Source: Felis catus
Taxonomy: Eukaryota
Length of the DNA: 64,000 nucleotides
NCBI RefSeq assembly: GCF_018350175.1
Contig: NC_058368.1
Coordinates: 40,240,001-40,304,000 of the forward strand
Reading direction: 5' to 3'
In this document: piece after piece, positions 36,280 through 49,720 of the stretch
Numbering within the stretch: position 1 is the first letter of the stretch
Layout: each line of letters begins with the position of its first letter
Program-made: the position numbers and the translations under genes
The notes under the pieces: model-generated
The model's database searches: none
Told to the model about the DNA's origin: nothing
What the model saw: only the letters and a program-made list of their open reading frames with translations

Positions 36280-36325
<46 letters not shown>

Positions 36326-36665
36326 CCTATTTTCTTTATTCATCCATTGAGGGACATTTAAGTTATTTCTATACCTTGACTATTGTAAATAACATTGCAG
36401 TGAATATAGGGGTTCATATGTATGTTTGAATTAGTGTTTCTGTTTTTTTTTGGATAAGTACCCAGTAGTAGAATTGCTAGAGCATATAGTAGTAGCTTTG
36501 TTTTTATTTTTCGGAGGGATGTGCATTGTGTGTTACATAGTGGCTGCACCAGTTTTACATTCCAACCAACAGTGCACAGGGTTCCCTTGTCTTCACAGCT
36601 TTGTCAACACTGGTTTTTCTTGTCTATTTTTTTAATGTCCATTCTTACAGTTATGAAGTGATATT
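35756..36665 (-). mobile_element. 5'-truncated older L1 (L1MA/L1_Carn-like) 3' end with internal (TG)n at 36284-36322
   Basis: TTTATTGAGGTATAATTGA...AGATTCCACATATAAATGAGATCATATGG...CATTCCAACCAACAGTGCACAGGGTTCCC. Confidence 0.88.
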
Positions 36666-36684
36666 ATAGCTTTACGTTGTTTTA

Positions 36685-36853
36685 TTTTTTTTTAAGATTT
36701 TATTTTTAAATAATTTCTACATGCAACATGGGGCTCAAACTTACAACCCCAGGATCAAGAGTCACATGCTCAAAAACAAACAAACAAACAAACAAACAAA
36801 CAAACAAACATAAAGCAGTTGCATGCTCTACCAACTGAGCCAGCCAGGTGCCC
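36685..36853 (-). mobile_element. Short CanSINE variant carrying an internal (CAAA)n insertion
   Basis: Head GAGCCAGCCAGGTGCCCC; TSD TATAGCTTTACGTT at ~36666-36679 and ~36855-36868. Confidence 0.85.
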
Positions 36854-38604
36854 CTATAGCTTTACGTTATTTATAATTAAAGATTCCAAACTAATACTGA
36901 CCTTTCGTACCACATAAGGTAGGAATTGTGTTCACCCCCAAAAAAGAGATCTTATTAGAGTGGCTTAAATGCAGAACAGTTGTTAATCTTATCCAAAACA
37001 ATGCTGGTGATAGTCTCTTTAAGGCTAGTGTGGTAGTTCTACAGTTATCAGGGAACCGTTTTTTTTTTTCTGGGTCCCCAGCAGTAGAATCAGATCTGAA
37101 TTTCTCCTAATGTATGAGATAGCTGCCAGAACTTCACACATGACTTCTATTTTAAGAAGAAAGAATAAAAGGAAAAAGAAAAAAAAATGAGGCACCTTTC
37201 TACAAAGTCACCTTCCTAGTATATTTCCTAGTATGTCAATTGTTCAGAACTTGGTCAGCAGGCCACTTTCAGCTGCAAAGGGAGCTGGGAAATGTGGCCT
37301 TTAAGTGGCCAATGATATGCTTACCTAAAAACCCAAGATTCTGTTACTAAGAAGTATGTGGAGAAAAGCAGTTTTTCTGCTCCTTCATGAACAACCTTTC
37401 TAATTTGTTGTGTATCTTTTTGCTAAAACTAAAATGTTTGCTGTTTTAAAAACTCTTACTGCATACTTGAGATATTATTTCTTAAGCATCCAATCTTACT
37501 TACACTTTGGTTGCTGTATTAATAACATGTGTGGAAGTCCAAAGGAAGCCATACCAAAAAGAAAAAAAAAAGAAAGAAAGAAAAGGAAAAGCTTCAATTG
37601 ATAATTTCTTACTTGAAATATGTTTTGTGAGAAAGAACAGCCCAACATGTAATCATTGTTTTGGAACTTAGGAATGATTATTGATTGCTCTGTTGGGTAT
37701 GATTTTTGGAGAAAAAGAAACACATTTATCTCATTCTCATTTATATTACATAAAAAGCTGTTAGTGTTTGTATTTTACTATTTACTATTTCATTATTTTC
37801 CCATATTAGTGTCTTTATTTTATATATAATATGTTCACCTTAAAATAACACATTTTTAGTAGAAGATTAAAAACTTACTATTAGTTCCCTAAGAATGGAA
37901 GGGAAGACTTTACATTGTTTATTTCTGTACTCTCTTACTCCTAGCTGGTAAAGCATGTAGGCGGCAGTAATCGGTGGTCGGTGTGAGAAGTGTATTACTG
38001 TACAGATAGAATCCTCATGTAATTGGAAAATTAAGAACGACTCTTCTGCATAGTTTATCCTACAAGCTCATTCAGTGGATGCAGTGATTTTGATTCGCCA
38101 TTCTGGGGCCAGCTCCTCCATCTAGTGCACACCCTCATGCCTTGATCTACCGGTTGTGGTCTGTCTAAAAACATGTTCTCATTTGACTTCTTTTTTTTTC
38201 CTCTTGGATTTTTTAACCTCTTTGCTACTGCTTTCACCCATCTGCGTTGCCAGTCTCTTTTACTTCCGTGTGACTCCATGAGTGGGTTTACTAAAGGCTG
38301 TGAGGGAAGAGAGGATAAAGAAGCTGATATTCTGATTTAGCACACAAATGGATTATTTAAAAATCAGATTTTCACATTTCACAAGGCAAGGATTATCAAA
38401 TTCTACTCTACTTCTTACATGCTATTATTATACGCTTACATTAGTGACATTATAAGTGATTCCAGGTTATAAATGGTGCTATATGCATTAAGTAGGAGAT
38501 GAGGACAAAAAACAAAAACAAAAACAAAAAACGAAAGGAAAAAAACCTCCATTTATTCTAGGGTGTGTGTTCATGTGCATAATGTTAGGCATATATTTTT
38601 CTGT

Positions 38605-38690
38605 TTAAGCGTCCATTTAGGTTGTCATCTCACAGTTGTGGGATTGAGCCCTGTGGCCAGGTTCTGCTCTGAGCATGGAGCCTGCTTGGG

Positions 38691-38756
<66 letters not shown>

Positions 38757-38814
38757 CCTTCTCTGCTCATCTCTCTTTCTCTCTCTCAAAATAGATAGTC
38801 TTCAAAAGAAAAAA
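38605..38814 (+). mobile_element. CanSINE lacking a recognisable 5' head, with expanded (CT)n at 38694-38752
   Basis: CATCTCACAGTTGTGGGATTGAGCCC...GGAGCCTGCTTGGGATTCTCTC. Confidence 0.85.
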
Positions 38815-38924
38815 GTGAAGAATTTTGAACTGAGTTAAATCAGTATGTAGGTGATGACAGACTTCATAGAAATATTAATGAATGCAGTTTTAGTATTTCA
38901 TTGATTTATCAATTTTTAAAAAAT

Positions 38925-39137
38925 ATTTTAAAAATGTTTTTATTTATTTTTGAGACAGAGAGAGACAGAGCATGAGCAGGGGGAGGGGCAGAGAGAGAGG
39001 GAGACACAGAATCTGAAGCAGGATCCAGGTCTGAGCTGTCAGCACAGAGCCCGATGTGGGGCTCGACCTCACAGACTGTGAGATCATGACCTGAACTGAA
39101 GTCGGACGCTTAACCGACTGAGCCACCCAGGCGCCCC
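38925..39137 (-). mobile_element. CanSINE
   Basis: TSD ATTTATCAATTTTT on both sides; head CCACCCAGGCGCCCC. Confidence 0.94.
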
Positions 39138-39292
39138 GTATTTATCAATTTTTTGTAACAGACTAAAAATGATAGACATTTGAAGCCTGAATACTGTGCA
39201 TATATTTTCCTGTTCTAGTAATACATAAATTGCACTCAAATTAGAGCTTAGGTCCCTATGGAAAACATCCCAACAAGTTCCTGATTTAAATA

Positions 39293-39494
39293 TATTTTTT
39301 TAAATGTTTATTTATCTTTGAGAGAGCAAGACAGAGCACAAGCGGGGGAGGGGCAGAGAGAGACAGAACCTGAAGCAGCTCTAGGCTCTGAGCTGTTAGC
39401 ACAGAGCCCGATGTGGGGCTCGACCTCACAGACTGTGAGATCATGACCTGAGCTGAAGTCAGACACTTAACCGACTGAGCCACCCAGGTGCCCC
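39293..39494 (-). mobile_element. CanSINE
   Basis: TSD CCTGATTTAAATAT at ~39280 and ~39495. Confidence 0.94.
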
Positions 39495-41850
39495 CCTGAT
39501 TTAAATATTTTAGAGGGAGAGTTCATTTCTTTATCTGTTAGTAGTTCATGCTTTTAAATTGTGAAATTGAGATTTCATTTTCAAATTGTGGCATTCAAAT
39601 TTCACAATAATCAGCTGGTCCAGAAAGTTTATCCCCCTAATTTTTAAGGCAGGGCCACCATGTAGTAATTTTTTTTTGTCTCCAAGTTTTTATATAATAT
39701 ATGGTCCTTTGTAGAATATATTTAAAAGAAACTGAAAGTTTGTATTTTCCATATAGTGATTAAATTGTATAATTGCAACTTTGAGAGACTCACTGTAATG
39801 TATACCTGAATCTCATCTAACACTGTATTTTAACTATACTGGAGTTAAAATAAAGTGAAATAAATAAAAACAAAATAAAATGAAGGGGAAGAGGGGAGTA
39901 CTTCGGGGGCCTTTCTGGTGGCATTTTTCCTCATGATTGAGTTTTCATACTTATAATCAAACTATGAAATGAATATTAATTAAACAGGCTATGTCTGAAA
40001 GTTAAAAAAACTAATTAAGTAAATAAAATATTTATTTTATTCATTCAAAATATGCCTGTATGTTTCTATGGGAATTTCAGAGATTCAATTAGATTAACTC
40101 AGACTTTGTAGGAAGAGAATTTGTTGCTGAGGCTCAATAAAGGTTATCTAAGCCTGTAAATTTACTTTGAAAATCATACAGCAAATAGTCTATTTAGTCA
40201 GCCATAAAACATCACTCAGCCTAGTGTTGAGCTTTAAGAATAATAAAGAGCTCAACATCCCAAATTTATTCACATATCTTATATGAGTGATTAACTTTAA
40301 CTTCACAATTATATTTCAAGAATATATGTTTATACTTTTGTGAAAGGTGTGTTTCTTTTTCCCAACGAGCATTTTGTTGTGACCCAAATAATCTCATCTC
40401 TATAAAATATGTGCTTTATCATATATAAATTTTGAAAAGTGTATTCATAGGATTATATGGGGTCTTAACCGGAACTTTTTAATTAAAGATGATGAGGCAT
40501 CATGTTGAATGAGGAGGTGGTGTGCATAATCCATGCCAGTTCTAAAAAAATTCATAACAGGCTCTTTTTCTTTTAATTCTTACTTTGAGACATTTTCTGA
40601 GTTTTAAAATTTCCCAGCTTCCTTTAATGTTGAGACAATCTAATATAAATCAGAGACATTTTATTGAGAAATAATGGGCATGGCATTTTTGTGTAAGTGC
40701 ATTAGTTTCCATGGAAACATATAGCAAATATTCTTTATGCTATTTCTTTTAACAGAATGAGTTACAAATTATTTTTAAAGTTACTTTGTGTGACTTAGAT
40801 ATTATATTACTAATAGAAATATACCCTTGGACTTCATAATAGACAGCTGTGGCCTGCAAGTACAGGAAATAATAAAATCCTTTCTTATAAACAATCTCTC
40901 AAACTTACAAACATGACTTCAGTTTTAGATTTTTCTTTTTTTCTTGAGCTTTGCAGTAAGAAAAATAATTTTTAACAAGGAAATTCTACTCTGTTTTGTG
41001 GCTAACTCTTTAAGGCTGGCTAAGAACAGATTCAGTAGAGTGAGAAATCACCTCATGACTCTTGAACCTTCATAAGCTAAATAAAATTGTTTGTGGTGAT
41101 CCCTTGAAAACTTTATCTGAGACTCAATACTAGTTGAAGTGGAAAAATCATGGCTCAAAATTCTATAATGCTGTAAAGAAGAAATTGGGTCATATTGGCC
41201 AGGGTTAGTGAGGGCATGATTGAAAAGCTGAACAGGAGCGTGGTTTGACTCTGGTGAGATCTCACTAAGCTGTTAGGTCAAAGTTGTGCTGACAGGGAGC
41301 GTACATGAGAACCAGACAAGACTTTAGCATTATACTGTGGATTTCCCAAAGAATTTTTCTTAGACCAACCAATTAGATAGATGAAATCTAGGTGCATGTA
41401 AATATTGCATAAGTATTTGATATATAATATTTAATGGTAATCTGAATTAATTTGACAAATTATATGCCTCTCTAGATTTCTCATTCATATGGGGAAATTA
41501 CTGAGAGATCAAGGAAATAAACTGTATACAAATATATCCAGTTGTATGACATGTCATGTGTATATTTAAGTGTGTGAGTTGGAATGTGGGAAAACCATGT
41601 AGAAGAAGATGTTAGAGATTATTCTTCACTGGACAGTCAAAATATATAAATTGGATGCTGAGGTGTAAAGCCTTACTTTTGGCTATAAAAAGAGCAAAAA
41701 TACCATTTTTGTTTGTTGTGTTTTCTATGTATATTACATTATTTTTTCACCAGACTGCTAGATATTTGGTGAAAAAAGTGTCAAATACATTTTTATTTCT
41801 TTTTAAATAGACTTTATTGGTTGTGTATACATTCACCCACACAAATGTGC

Positions 41851-41852
41851 AT

Positions 41853-41907
<55 letters not shown>

Positions 41908-42087
41908 TTTTGAAGAGAGGGAGTGTGCGTGGGAGTGGGGGAGGAGCAGAGGGGAGAGAGAGAATCCTAAGCAGTCTCCATGCTGTCAGCACAGAGCCTG
42001 ATGCTGGGCTTAATCCCAGAAACCGTGAGATCATGACCTGGGCCGAAATCGAGGGTCACACGCTTAACTGAGCCACCCAGGTGCCCC
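41851..42087 (-). mobile_element. CanSINE with tail expanded to (TTTA)n
   Basis: About 14 ATTT units at 41851-41910; TSD ACAAATGTG; inserted in an old L1 3' end (41800-42570). Confidence 0.93.
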
Positions 42088-42897
42088 AATACAAATGTGT
42101 TTAGTTTGATAAATCTTGATATTTTCTCATTAATGAAACCACCAGCACGATCAACATAGTCAACATTACCTTCCCCCTGAAGGTTCCTTTGTAACTCTTT
42201 GCAGTTAGTCTTTCTACCTTTAGTCCTGGCCAAGCACTAGTCTGTTTCTGTTATTTTTAGCTTTTATTGTTCCAGTTTTTATCTACTTCAAGCTAATTTT
42301 TGTTTACAGTGAAGTATTGAGGATTATTTAAAAATTCTGTACAGCATTATTTTTTAAAAAGACTATGCTTTCTCCAGTAACTTTCCTTAGCACATTTGTA
42401 AAAATTAGTTGCCTATAGATGTGTGTCTGTTTCTGGACTCTGTTTGTTTTAGTTGATCTCTGTGATTACCTTCGTATTAATTCTATACCATTTTGATTAC
42501 TGTAGCTTTTCTTCACTCAAACTTGAAATCAAGTAATTTAAGTTTTTCAGCCTTACTCTATATTTTCAAAAGTCAAATAAGCTTTAAAAAAGTGGGCTAT
42601 AAAAATTATATCTTTTTTCTTAATGGAGGACTTCATAGAACTTTTAATATATTAACGTGATTTTTAAATCTCTAAGAAGAAACTTTAATAAAAGGCACTT
42701 TCAAAATTATTCTACAGAATTATATTTTCCTTTTTCACACACGTATGATATACTGCAAGCTTATATTTTCTACAAATACACTTTGGAAGGTTTTCATTTG
42801 AGGGGTAGGGGCATACAAAGTGACATAATATAAACAGTACATTTGATTCCAGCCATTAGTGTAATATTCCTGTAAGATTAAAAACACATGGACTCTT

Positions 42898-43122
42898 GGG
42901 GTGCCTGGGTGGTTTAGTTGGTTAAGTGTCTGTCTACTCTTGATTTCCTCTCACGTCATGATCTCACAGTGAGTGGGATCTTGAGCTGTGTGTTGGGGTC
43001 AGTGCTGACAGAGCTGACAGCACGGAGCCCTGTTTGGGATTCTGTCTGTCCATCTCTCTCTCTCTCTGCCTCTTCCCTGTTTTCGCTCTCTTTCTGTCTC
43101 TCAAAATAAATAGCCATTAAAA
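42898..43122 (+). mobile_element. CanSINE
   Basis: GGGGTGCCTGGGTGG head, CT tract, AAAATAAATA tail. Confidence 0.9.
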
Positions 43123-43639
43123 ACACAAAGAACACACTGACTCTAAGTAAGTGCAATGCAATACAGACTGGTGGGGTAATGTCATTTGTATATTTAACAT
43201 ATGCAAAAGGAAAGAAAAAAGTTTGAAGGAACAAAGTAAAAATTTAAATATTGCAGTAGATTTCCTTATAGTAAGCCTCCAAAGCAAACATGAACTGAGA
43301 AGCATCTGTTCCTACATGAAGATATAAACTGTCTTGAACTTACTATGACACAATATGTTTGATAGGATACTTTATATGGATGACTGAAGGGTTATTTATA
43401 ATTTTAAGTATATGGGAATGTGCTTCCATATATTGATTTTAACATCTATAGGCATAAAATGCAAGTCATCTGTAATGCCTTGCCAATCTCTTTAGTAAGT
43501 GGAGGTCTGGTGCTCTGAAGACTTGGTCACAAAGTTAAGGAGAACAGAGGGCAAAAGCTGTCTCTCAGTAATAAGAGTGAAGCAAAGTGGCACTGAGGGC
43601 CCTGTCTTGGTTTAAAATAATTTCAGAAATTAAGAGGCA

Positions 43640-45295
43640 GTCCAACACAAGGTTACTAAGATATTCTCTTGTGTTTTCTATAAAGTACTATATTTTAGAT
43701 ATTACATTTAGGTCTAGAATTAACTTAGATTGCATATATTGCATATATTATAAGATATAGGTTAAGTTTATTTCTTTGCATATGTATGCTCACTTGTTGA
43801 AAGAAGTGTTTTTTCACCATCAAAATGCCTTTGTACCTTTGTACAAAATCAATTAGCCATGTGTATTTAGGCCTGTTTTTAGGTTCTTTTTGGCTGTTTA
43901 CTTGATCTATGTAACTATCCTTTCATCATAACCATACTGTCTTAATAATTATAGTTTTAAAATACATTTTAAAATTGGGCATTATGAAACATTGACTGTA
44001 TTTTTCTTTTTCAGAATTGTTTTGGCTATTCTAAGTCCTTTATATTTTCCCTTACATTTTAGGTTAACTTGTAAATTTCTACAAGCATTTCTTCTGATAG
44101 TTCAGTTGATATTAATTGAGGAAGAATTGAGACTTTGCCAATAATGAATTTTCCAACTCATGAATACAGTATACTGCTCAATGTTTTTAGGTCTTGTTGA
44201 CACAACGTATTGTTGATGTTGAGTGGGAAAGGTGAGTGTGGATGCCATTGTCTTGTTTCTAATTTTGGGAAAGGGGAAATGTGTCTTTCACCATAAAATA
44301 TAGTCACTGTGATATTTTCATTGTTGTACTTTATCAAGTTGAGGATAATTTTTTAGAATTATTTACAGAAAAATTTAAATACAAAATAAGTAAACTGATA
44401 AATTGGATATTGCCAAAATTTAAAACTGCAGCTTTCTAAAAGAAAATAAAAATTTAACAGTACAGGTAAAAATATTTTTGCAAAGTAAATAATATTTGTG
44501 AAGGAGTACTCAGAATGTATAAAAAAATCCCATAATTCAACAGTGAGAAAACATTCTAATAAAATTGAGATAAAATTTTAAACAAATGAAGATATATGAA
44601 GACAAATACATAATACAATGCTCAGTAATAGTCATTAGAGAAATGCAGATAAAACTGCATTGATATATCACCGAAAACAACTGGAATGATTAGTATTAAA
44701 AAAGTACAGTATCCAATGAGTATGAAATTGTGGAGTAACTATAATTCTCATGCATTACTGACAGTTTAAAATGGAATGAACAATCGCTTTGTAAAGTTGA
44801 AGTTTCTAATATAGTTATACATATGATGTAGTCTTTCTACTTCTATGTATTATCTGAGATAAATGAAAGCCTATGTTGATACAAAATCTTGCATATGAAT
44901 GTGGATAGCAGTATTATTCATAATTGCCAAAAATTGAAACAAATATCTGTCAACAAATTAATGGATAACCTAATTATAGTGTATGTAATTAATGAAATAT
45001 TGTTTAGTATTAAAAAATGACATGGATTAATATCAAGAGCATTGTGCTGAGTGATTTTATTTATATGATATTTTGGAAAAGACAAAATTATAAGACCAAA
45101 AAAATCAATGCTTGCTTATAGTTGGGAATGAGAAGAGAGAATTCACTAAAAATTGGCAAGAGGGAATTGTTCTATGTCTTGATTGTGGTGTTGGTTACAT
45201 GATTGTATGTGTTTGTTAAAAATTTGTAAATTCTACCAAAAAGGGTGAATTTTATGATATGCAAGTTTAATCTCAATAAACCTTAGTTTTCAAAA
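43640..45295. mobile_element. Ancient L1M fragments, minus (43640-44345) abutting plus (44350-45295)
   Basis: Antisense ORF2 remnants, then sense ORF2 end/3'UTR (TAGTCATTAGAGAAATGCAGATAAAAC, CTTGATTGTGGTGTTGGTTACATG, CTCAATAAA). Confidence 0.7.
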
Positions 45296-45835
45296 AAAGT
45301 GAAACAGATTTTAAAGTCCAGTAGCTAAGATCATTTTTTTGCTTGACATAATTTTTGAGCACACCATTCTCAAAATACCATGTTCAGTTCTGCCATGCAT
45401 TGTGATATGATCTGGGGCAACAGTGGTAAATCAATTAGAGAAAAATGCTTGCTCCTATGGAACCACATTCCAGTGAGGAAAAGACTAATACTAAACATAT
45501 ATACTAGTTAAATATACAGTATTTAACATGGTGGTAAATACTATAAAAATAAAAAAGAAAAAGATGATGTCAGGAAAGCAGATAAGTAGGAAGAAACCAT
45601 GTGGCCATTGGGAAATAAAAAAATTACAGATAGAGGAAGTAGTATATACAAAGGTGTTGAATCCTAGCAGATTCCACACCAACATGGAGGTGATTGGTAG
45701 TGGAGTAGAACAAGATATTTTGTATATGTATTTATACATATTTTCATACTTTCATAGAATAATTAATATAAGTATGATTCAGATAGATGAAAGATAAATG
45801 GTAATGATATGTTGTATGTGCATCTTCTTTAAAAA

Positions 45836-45855
45836 ATTTTTGTTTAATGTTTATT

Positions 45856-45894
<39 letters not shown>

Positions 45895-46056
45895 ATGTGA
45901 GCAGGGAAGGGGCAGAGAGAGAGGGAGACACAGAAACCAAAGCAGGCTCCAGGCTCTGAGCTGTCAGCACAGAGCCGGATGTGAAGCTGGAACTCATGAA
46001 CCGTGAGATCATGACCTAAGTTGATGCTTAACCTACTGAGCCACCCAGGTGCTCCT
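45836..46056 (-). mobile_element. CanSINE
   Basis: Long (GA)n, head GAGCCACCCAGGTGCTCC. Confidence 0.93.
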
Positions 46057-46857
46057 ATGCATCTTTTTTTCAAGACTCCCAGTTCTTGCATCTTAGATCC
46101 CATTGTACATTCTCTTAACCTCATGATAACAACCCAGAATAGTTTCAATATTTTTTCATGTTGGCAAATAATGATTTCGAAAAATAGAATCATAGACTAT
46201 AAGCTTTTCCCTATGTTTTATTTTTCATTTAAAAAAATTATATTTTGATATACCTCTAAAATCCAGCCTTTGGTATAATGCCCCATGCACTCAGTGAAGA
46301 GTCTTAGGAGTCAATTGGTGGAAAGATGCTGATTTACACTGTGACTGGGTGTCTGGGGCATCCTAATCTGGTACACAAGCCCACACATGGCTAGTAAGAG
46401 ACATTTAGTTAACAGTTGGTTTCTCCTTTGTCCCGTTTATGTCAGCCTTATTTGCCACCACTTCACCAGAGAGTAGAACAGTGGTTGGTCTTTTCTTTCC
46501 TGTGAGGACCACAGTCTACTTTAAAATTTAGTTTATTTGTGTATATTGTATTTTTAGCTGATTTTTTTAAAAAAAATCTATGATTTTGTAGCTTATTCAG
46601 TTTGTTTTAATTCTTAGGGTGGGAATGGAAATTCCTTCAAACTTCTAACCAGAGGTCAGAGTTTGCCTTCTTTGACTTTTTTACCTCCATTTCTCTTAGT
46701 CGTAGTCTAGCTCTTCTAATCATCAACAACCACAACTCTTATAAATTCTTTATTTCAACCAACATTTCTCTAACCATGATCCTTCTCCTTACAAATTAAT
46801 TGCTCTAAGCAATCCCACTCCAATAATTATTTCAGTTCATAAGGAACTTCAGTTTCT

Positions 46858-47704
46858 TGCAGTGAGATCATAGAAAATATGTACATTGGCCTCTGCCTCC
46901 TGGTACAGAGCTCTTAAAACTCATGCGGTTTGCTAACTGATAAGAGCATGAGGAGCATCTTTTATTCTAGTGAGGCAATTTTTGGTGGGCTTCTGGTGGG
47001 GGCTGGTCACTGGAAAGACCAAGCCATGATTAGAAGTTCAGAGTTATTGGCTCCCCCCACCCCACTTCTCCAGCATGAGGAAAAGGGCTGGAAACGGAGT
47101 TAGTCATGCCTACTCTGAAGAAGCATTCATAAAAATCCCAATAGTATGGGTTCTGAAAGCTTCTGGGTGGGGAAACAGATTTACACCAAGAGGATGATAC
47201 ACCCTGACTCTAGAGGCACAGCAGCTCCTGAGCTTGGGACCTTCCCAGGTCTTGCCTTATGTATTTCTTCATCTGGCTGTTCATCTGTACCCTCTATTGT
47301 ATCCTTTAATAAACTGGTAAATAAAAGTAAGTTTTCCCTTGAGTTCTGTGAGCTGCTCTAGCAAATTAATTGAACCTGAGGAGCAGGTTGTGGGAACCTC
47401 CAATCAGCAGCCAGGCAGACAGAAGATGTGGGTAACATGGGGACTTACTACTTGCAACTGGAATCTGAAGTGGGGGCGCGCAGGGAGGAGTAGTCTCGTG
47501 GGACTAAGCTCCTAACCTGTGGGATCTGACACTATCTCCAGGTAGGTAATATCAGAATTGAGTTAAATTGTGCTCAGCTGGTGCCTCAGAGAATTCCTAG
47601 GTGGGAGAAAAATCTTCATACATTTGGTGACAGAAGTAGCAGATGTGAAGTGTTCTATGTGAAAGAAGAGACAATGGGGGAAAGACTGGAATTTTTTCCT
47701 AACA
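46858..47704 (+). mobile_element. MER21-like solo LTR
   Basis: TG...CA ends; GGGGCTGGTCACTGGAAAGACCAAGCCATGATTAG, AATAAACTGGTAAA, CTGAGTTCTGTGAGCTGCTCTAGCAAATTAATTGAACC, TCAGAATTGAGTTAAATTG. Confidence 0.85.
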
Positions 47705-47990
47705 TATTTGCCTCTGTCACTTTTTAAATTTCTGATCTCTTTCATGTTCTCACTTTTATCCTACTCTGGTTAGATTTCATGGTTTGCCATTCTTCTCATT
47801 TTATTGCATCACCATCAACTCAAATTCTTTCTCTCGCTTCATTTAATTGAATTTCATAATGATAGTCAAATGATATGAATTGCTGTAGAAAAGTAGCAAA
47901 TACCATGACTGCGATTAACTACAAATCTCAATTGTGGATTTAAAATTACCTTTTTTTTTTTATAAGTACCATTCTGAGCCATGTCATCAT

Positions 47991-48204
47991 TTTTTAAAGT
48001 TTATTTATTTATTTTGAGAGAGTGAGTGCAAGTGGGGGAGGGCCATAGAGAGAGGGGGAGAGAGAGAGAGAGAGAGAATCACAGGCACCCTCTGTACTGG
48101 CAGCATGGAGCCTATGTGGGGCCCAAATTCAAGGACCTTGAGATCATGAATGGAGCCAAAACCAAGAGTCAGACACTTAACCGACTGAGGCACCCAGGCA
48201 CCCC
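47991..48204 (-). mobile_element. CanSINE
   Basis: TTTATTTATT tail, GA tract, head CACCCAGGCACCCC. Confidence 0.92.
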
Positions 48205-48255
48205 TAAAATTACTCTTAATTATTCAGTTTCCAACACCCTTCTAGCTGATGACTT

Positions 48256-48689
48256 TTTTTTCATATTAAATACTTTATTATTATAATTATAATTATTATT
48301 TTAGTTTTAAGTGTAGAAATTAGTGATTCATCACTACATACAACACATAGTGCTCATCAGAACAAGTGCCCTCCTTAATCTACATCACTTATTTAACCCA
48401 TCCCCCCCACCAACCTCCCCTCTGATAACCCATGGTGTTTGTTCCCTATAGTTCTGTTTCTTGGTTTGCCTCTCTCTCTCTTTTTTTTCTTTCCCCTATA
48501 TTCTTCTGTTTTGTTTCTTAAATTCCACATATGAGTGAAAACCTATGGTATTTGTGTTTCTGTGTTTATTTCACTTAGCCTAATACTTTCTAGCTACATC
48601 CCTGTCATTGCAAATGGCAAGATTTAATTTTTTCTTATGGCTGAGTAATATTCCATTGTATATATATACACCACATCTTTATCCATTCA
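48256..48689 (-). mobile_element. 5'-truncated carnivore L1 3' end
   Basis: L1 3'UTR antisense; TSD TAGCTGATGACTT at 48243-48255 and 48690-48702. Confidence 0.9.
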
Positions 48690-48719
48690 TAGCTGATGAC
48701 TTCTAAGTTACCAACTCCA

Positions 48720-49720
48720 GTTATAATTTATGTCCTTACTTTTCATCAGCTTTCTGCTAACTTCCAAAGTATTAACGCATTTTATTTCTCTTTGATTCTG
48801 GGATTCTCTTGGTTGTTGAAAATCTTTTGATATTCATATAATGGTGTTTTTTCCCCCCTTCTCAGTTGTTTCTGTTGACTACTCTCAATATCAGTGAGCC
48901 TTTAAATGATACCACTCATTGGGTAAGTCCTGGATTCTCTTCTCAATCTAACAATTTTTCTCTATGTTATCTCTTCCAATAGCCTGGCTATACATGCCAT
49001 TCATGGCAGTGATTTCTAAATTTAAATCTTCCTGATCTCTCAACTGAAATACAAAATCATGCATATAACAAGATAAGTTTGAGAACTTAATCTGGATACC
49101 TAATAGGCTTGTCAAGCTTAAAATGTCCTTAAAATGCCCTTGATACCTAACCCTTGTGCAGATTCTTCCCTTTTCCCCCTTCTATATAAATGATTTATGC
49201 TTCATACAGTTAATTGTATTCAGAGCCAGATTCTTTCCATCTCCATTCCAATGGAGTCTTTCCATCTCCATTCATTCTATTTAATCTGCCCTCAAATTTT
49301 ATGGGCTCTAACTTCAAAGTGTATCCTGAATCCATTTAGCTTCTCATTTTTTTCTTTGCTAGTACCAGAATGCAACTCACCATCTGCTGATATCTAGACT
49401 ATTCTGAAAATATCCTGCGTGATCTCCCTGCCTCCTTGCTGCTCTTTGTATCCACTCTCAGCATAGTGGAAAGAGTGACCATTTTAAAGAACAATTCAGA
49501 ACACATCCTCTACTTCCTTAAAGGATTCCTGTTAAAATCAGTTCAAAGGCAAAATACATATTTGGGTCCCACAAATATCCCTGTTTAACATTTCCATTGC
49601 TTACTTTGTTCATAACATATTGGTCTCTTTTATGTTCCTCAAAAATGCAAAACTTATTTCTGTCTCTATTTCTTACTCCAGAACCCACAAGAGATGGAGC
49701 CCTGCTTATTATTAGATGTT
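48720..49720 (+). mobile_element. L2 fragments
   Basis: Pyrimidine-rich L2-like blocks (ATCTAGACTATT, GATCTCCCTGCCTCC, AGAGTGACCATTTTAAA). Confidence 0.6.

Noticed and set aside
49231..49275. 17-bp direct repeat TCTTTCCATCTCCATTC
   Set aside because: An ordinary small tandem duplication in decayed L2 sequence.
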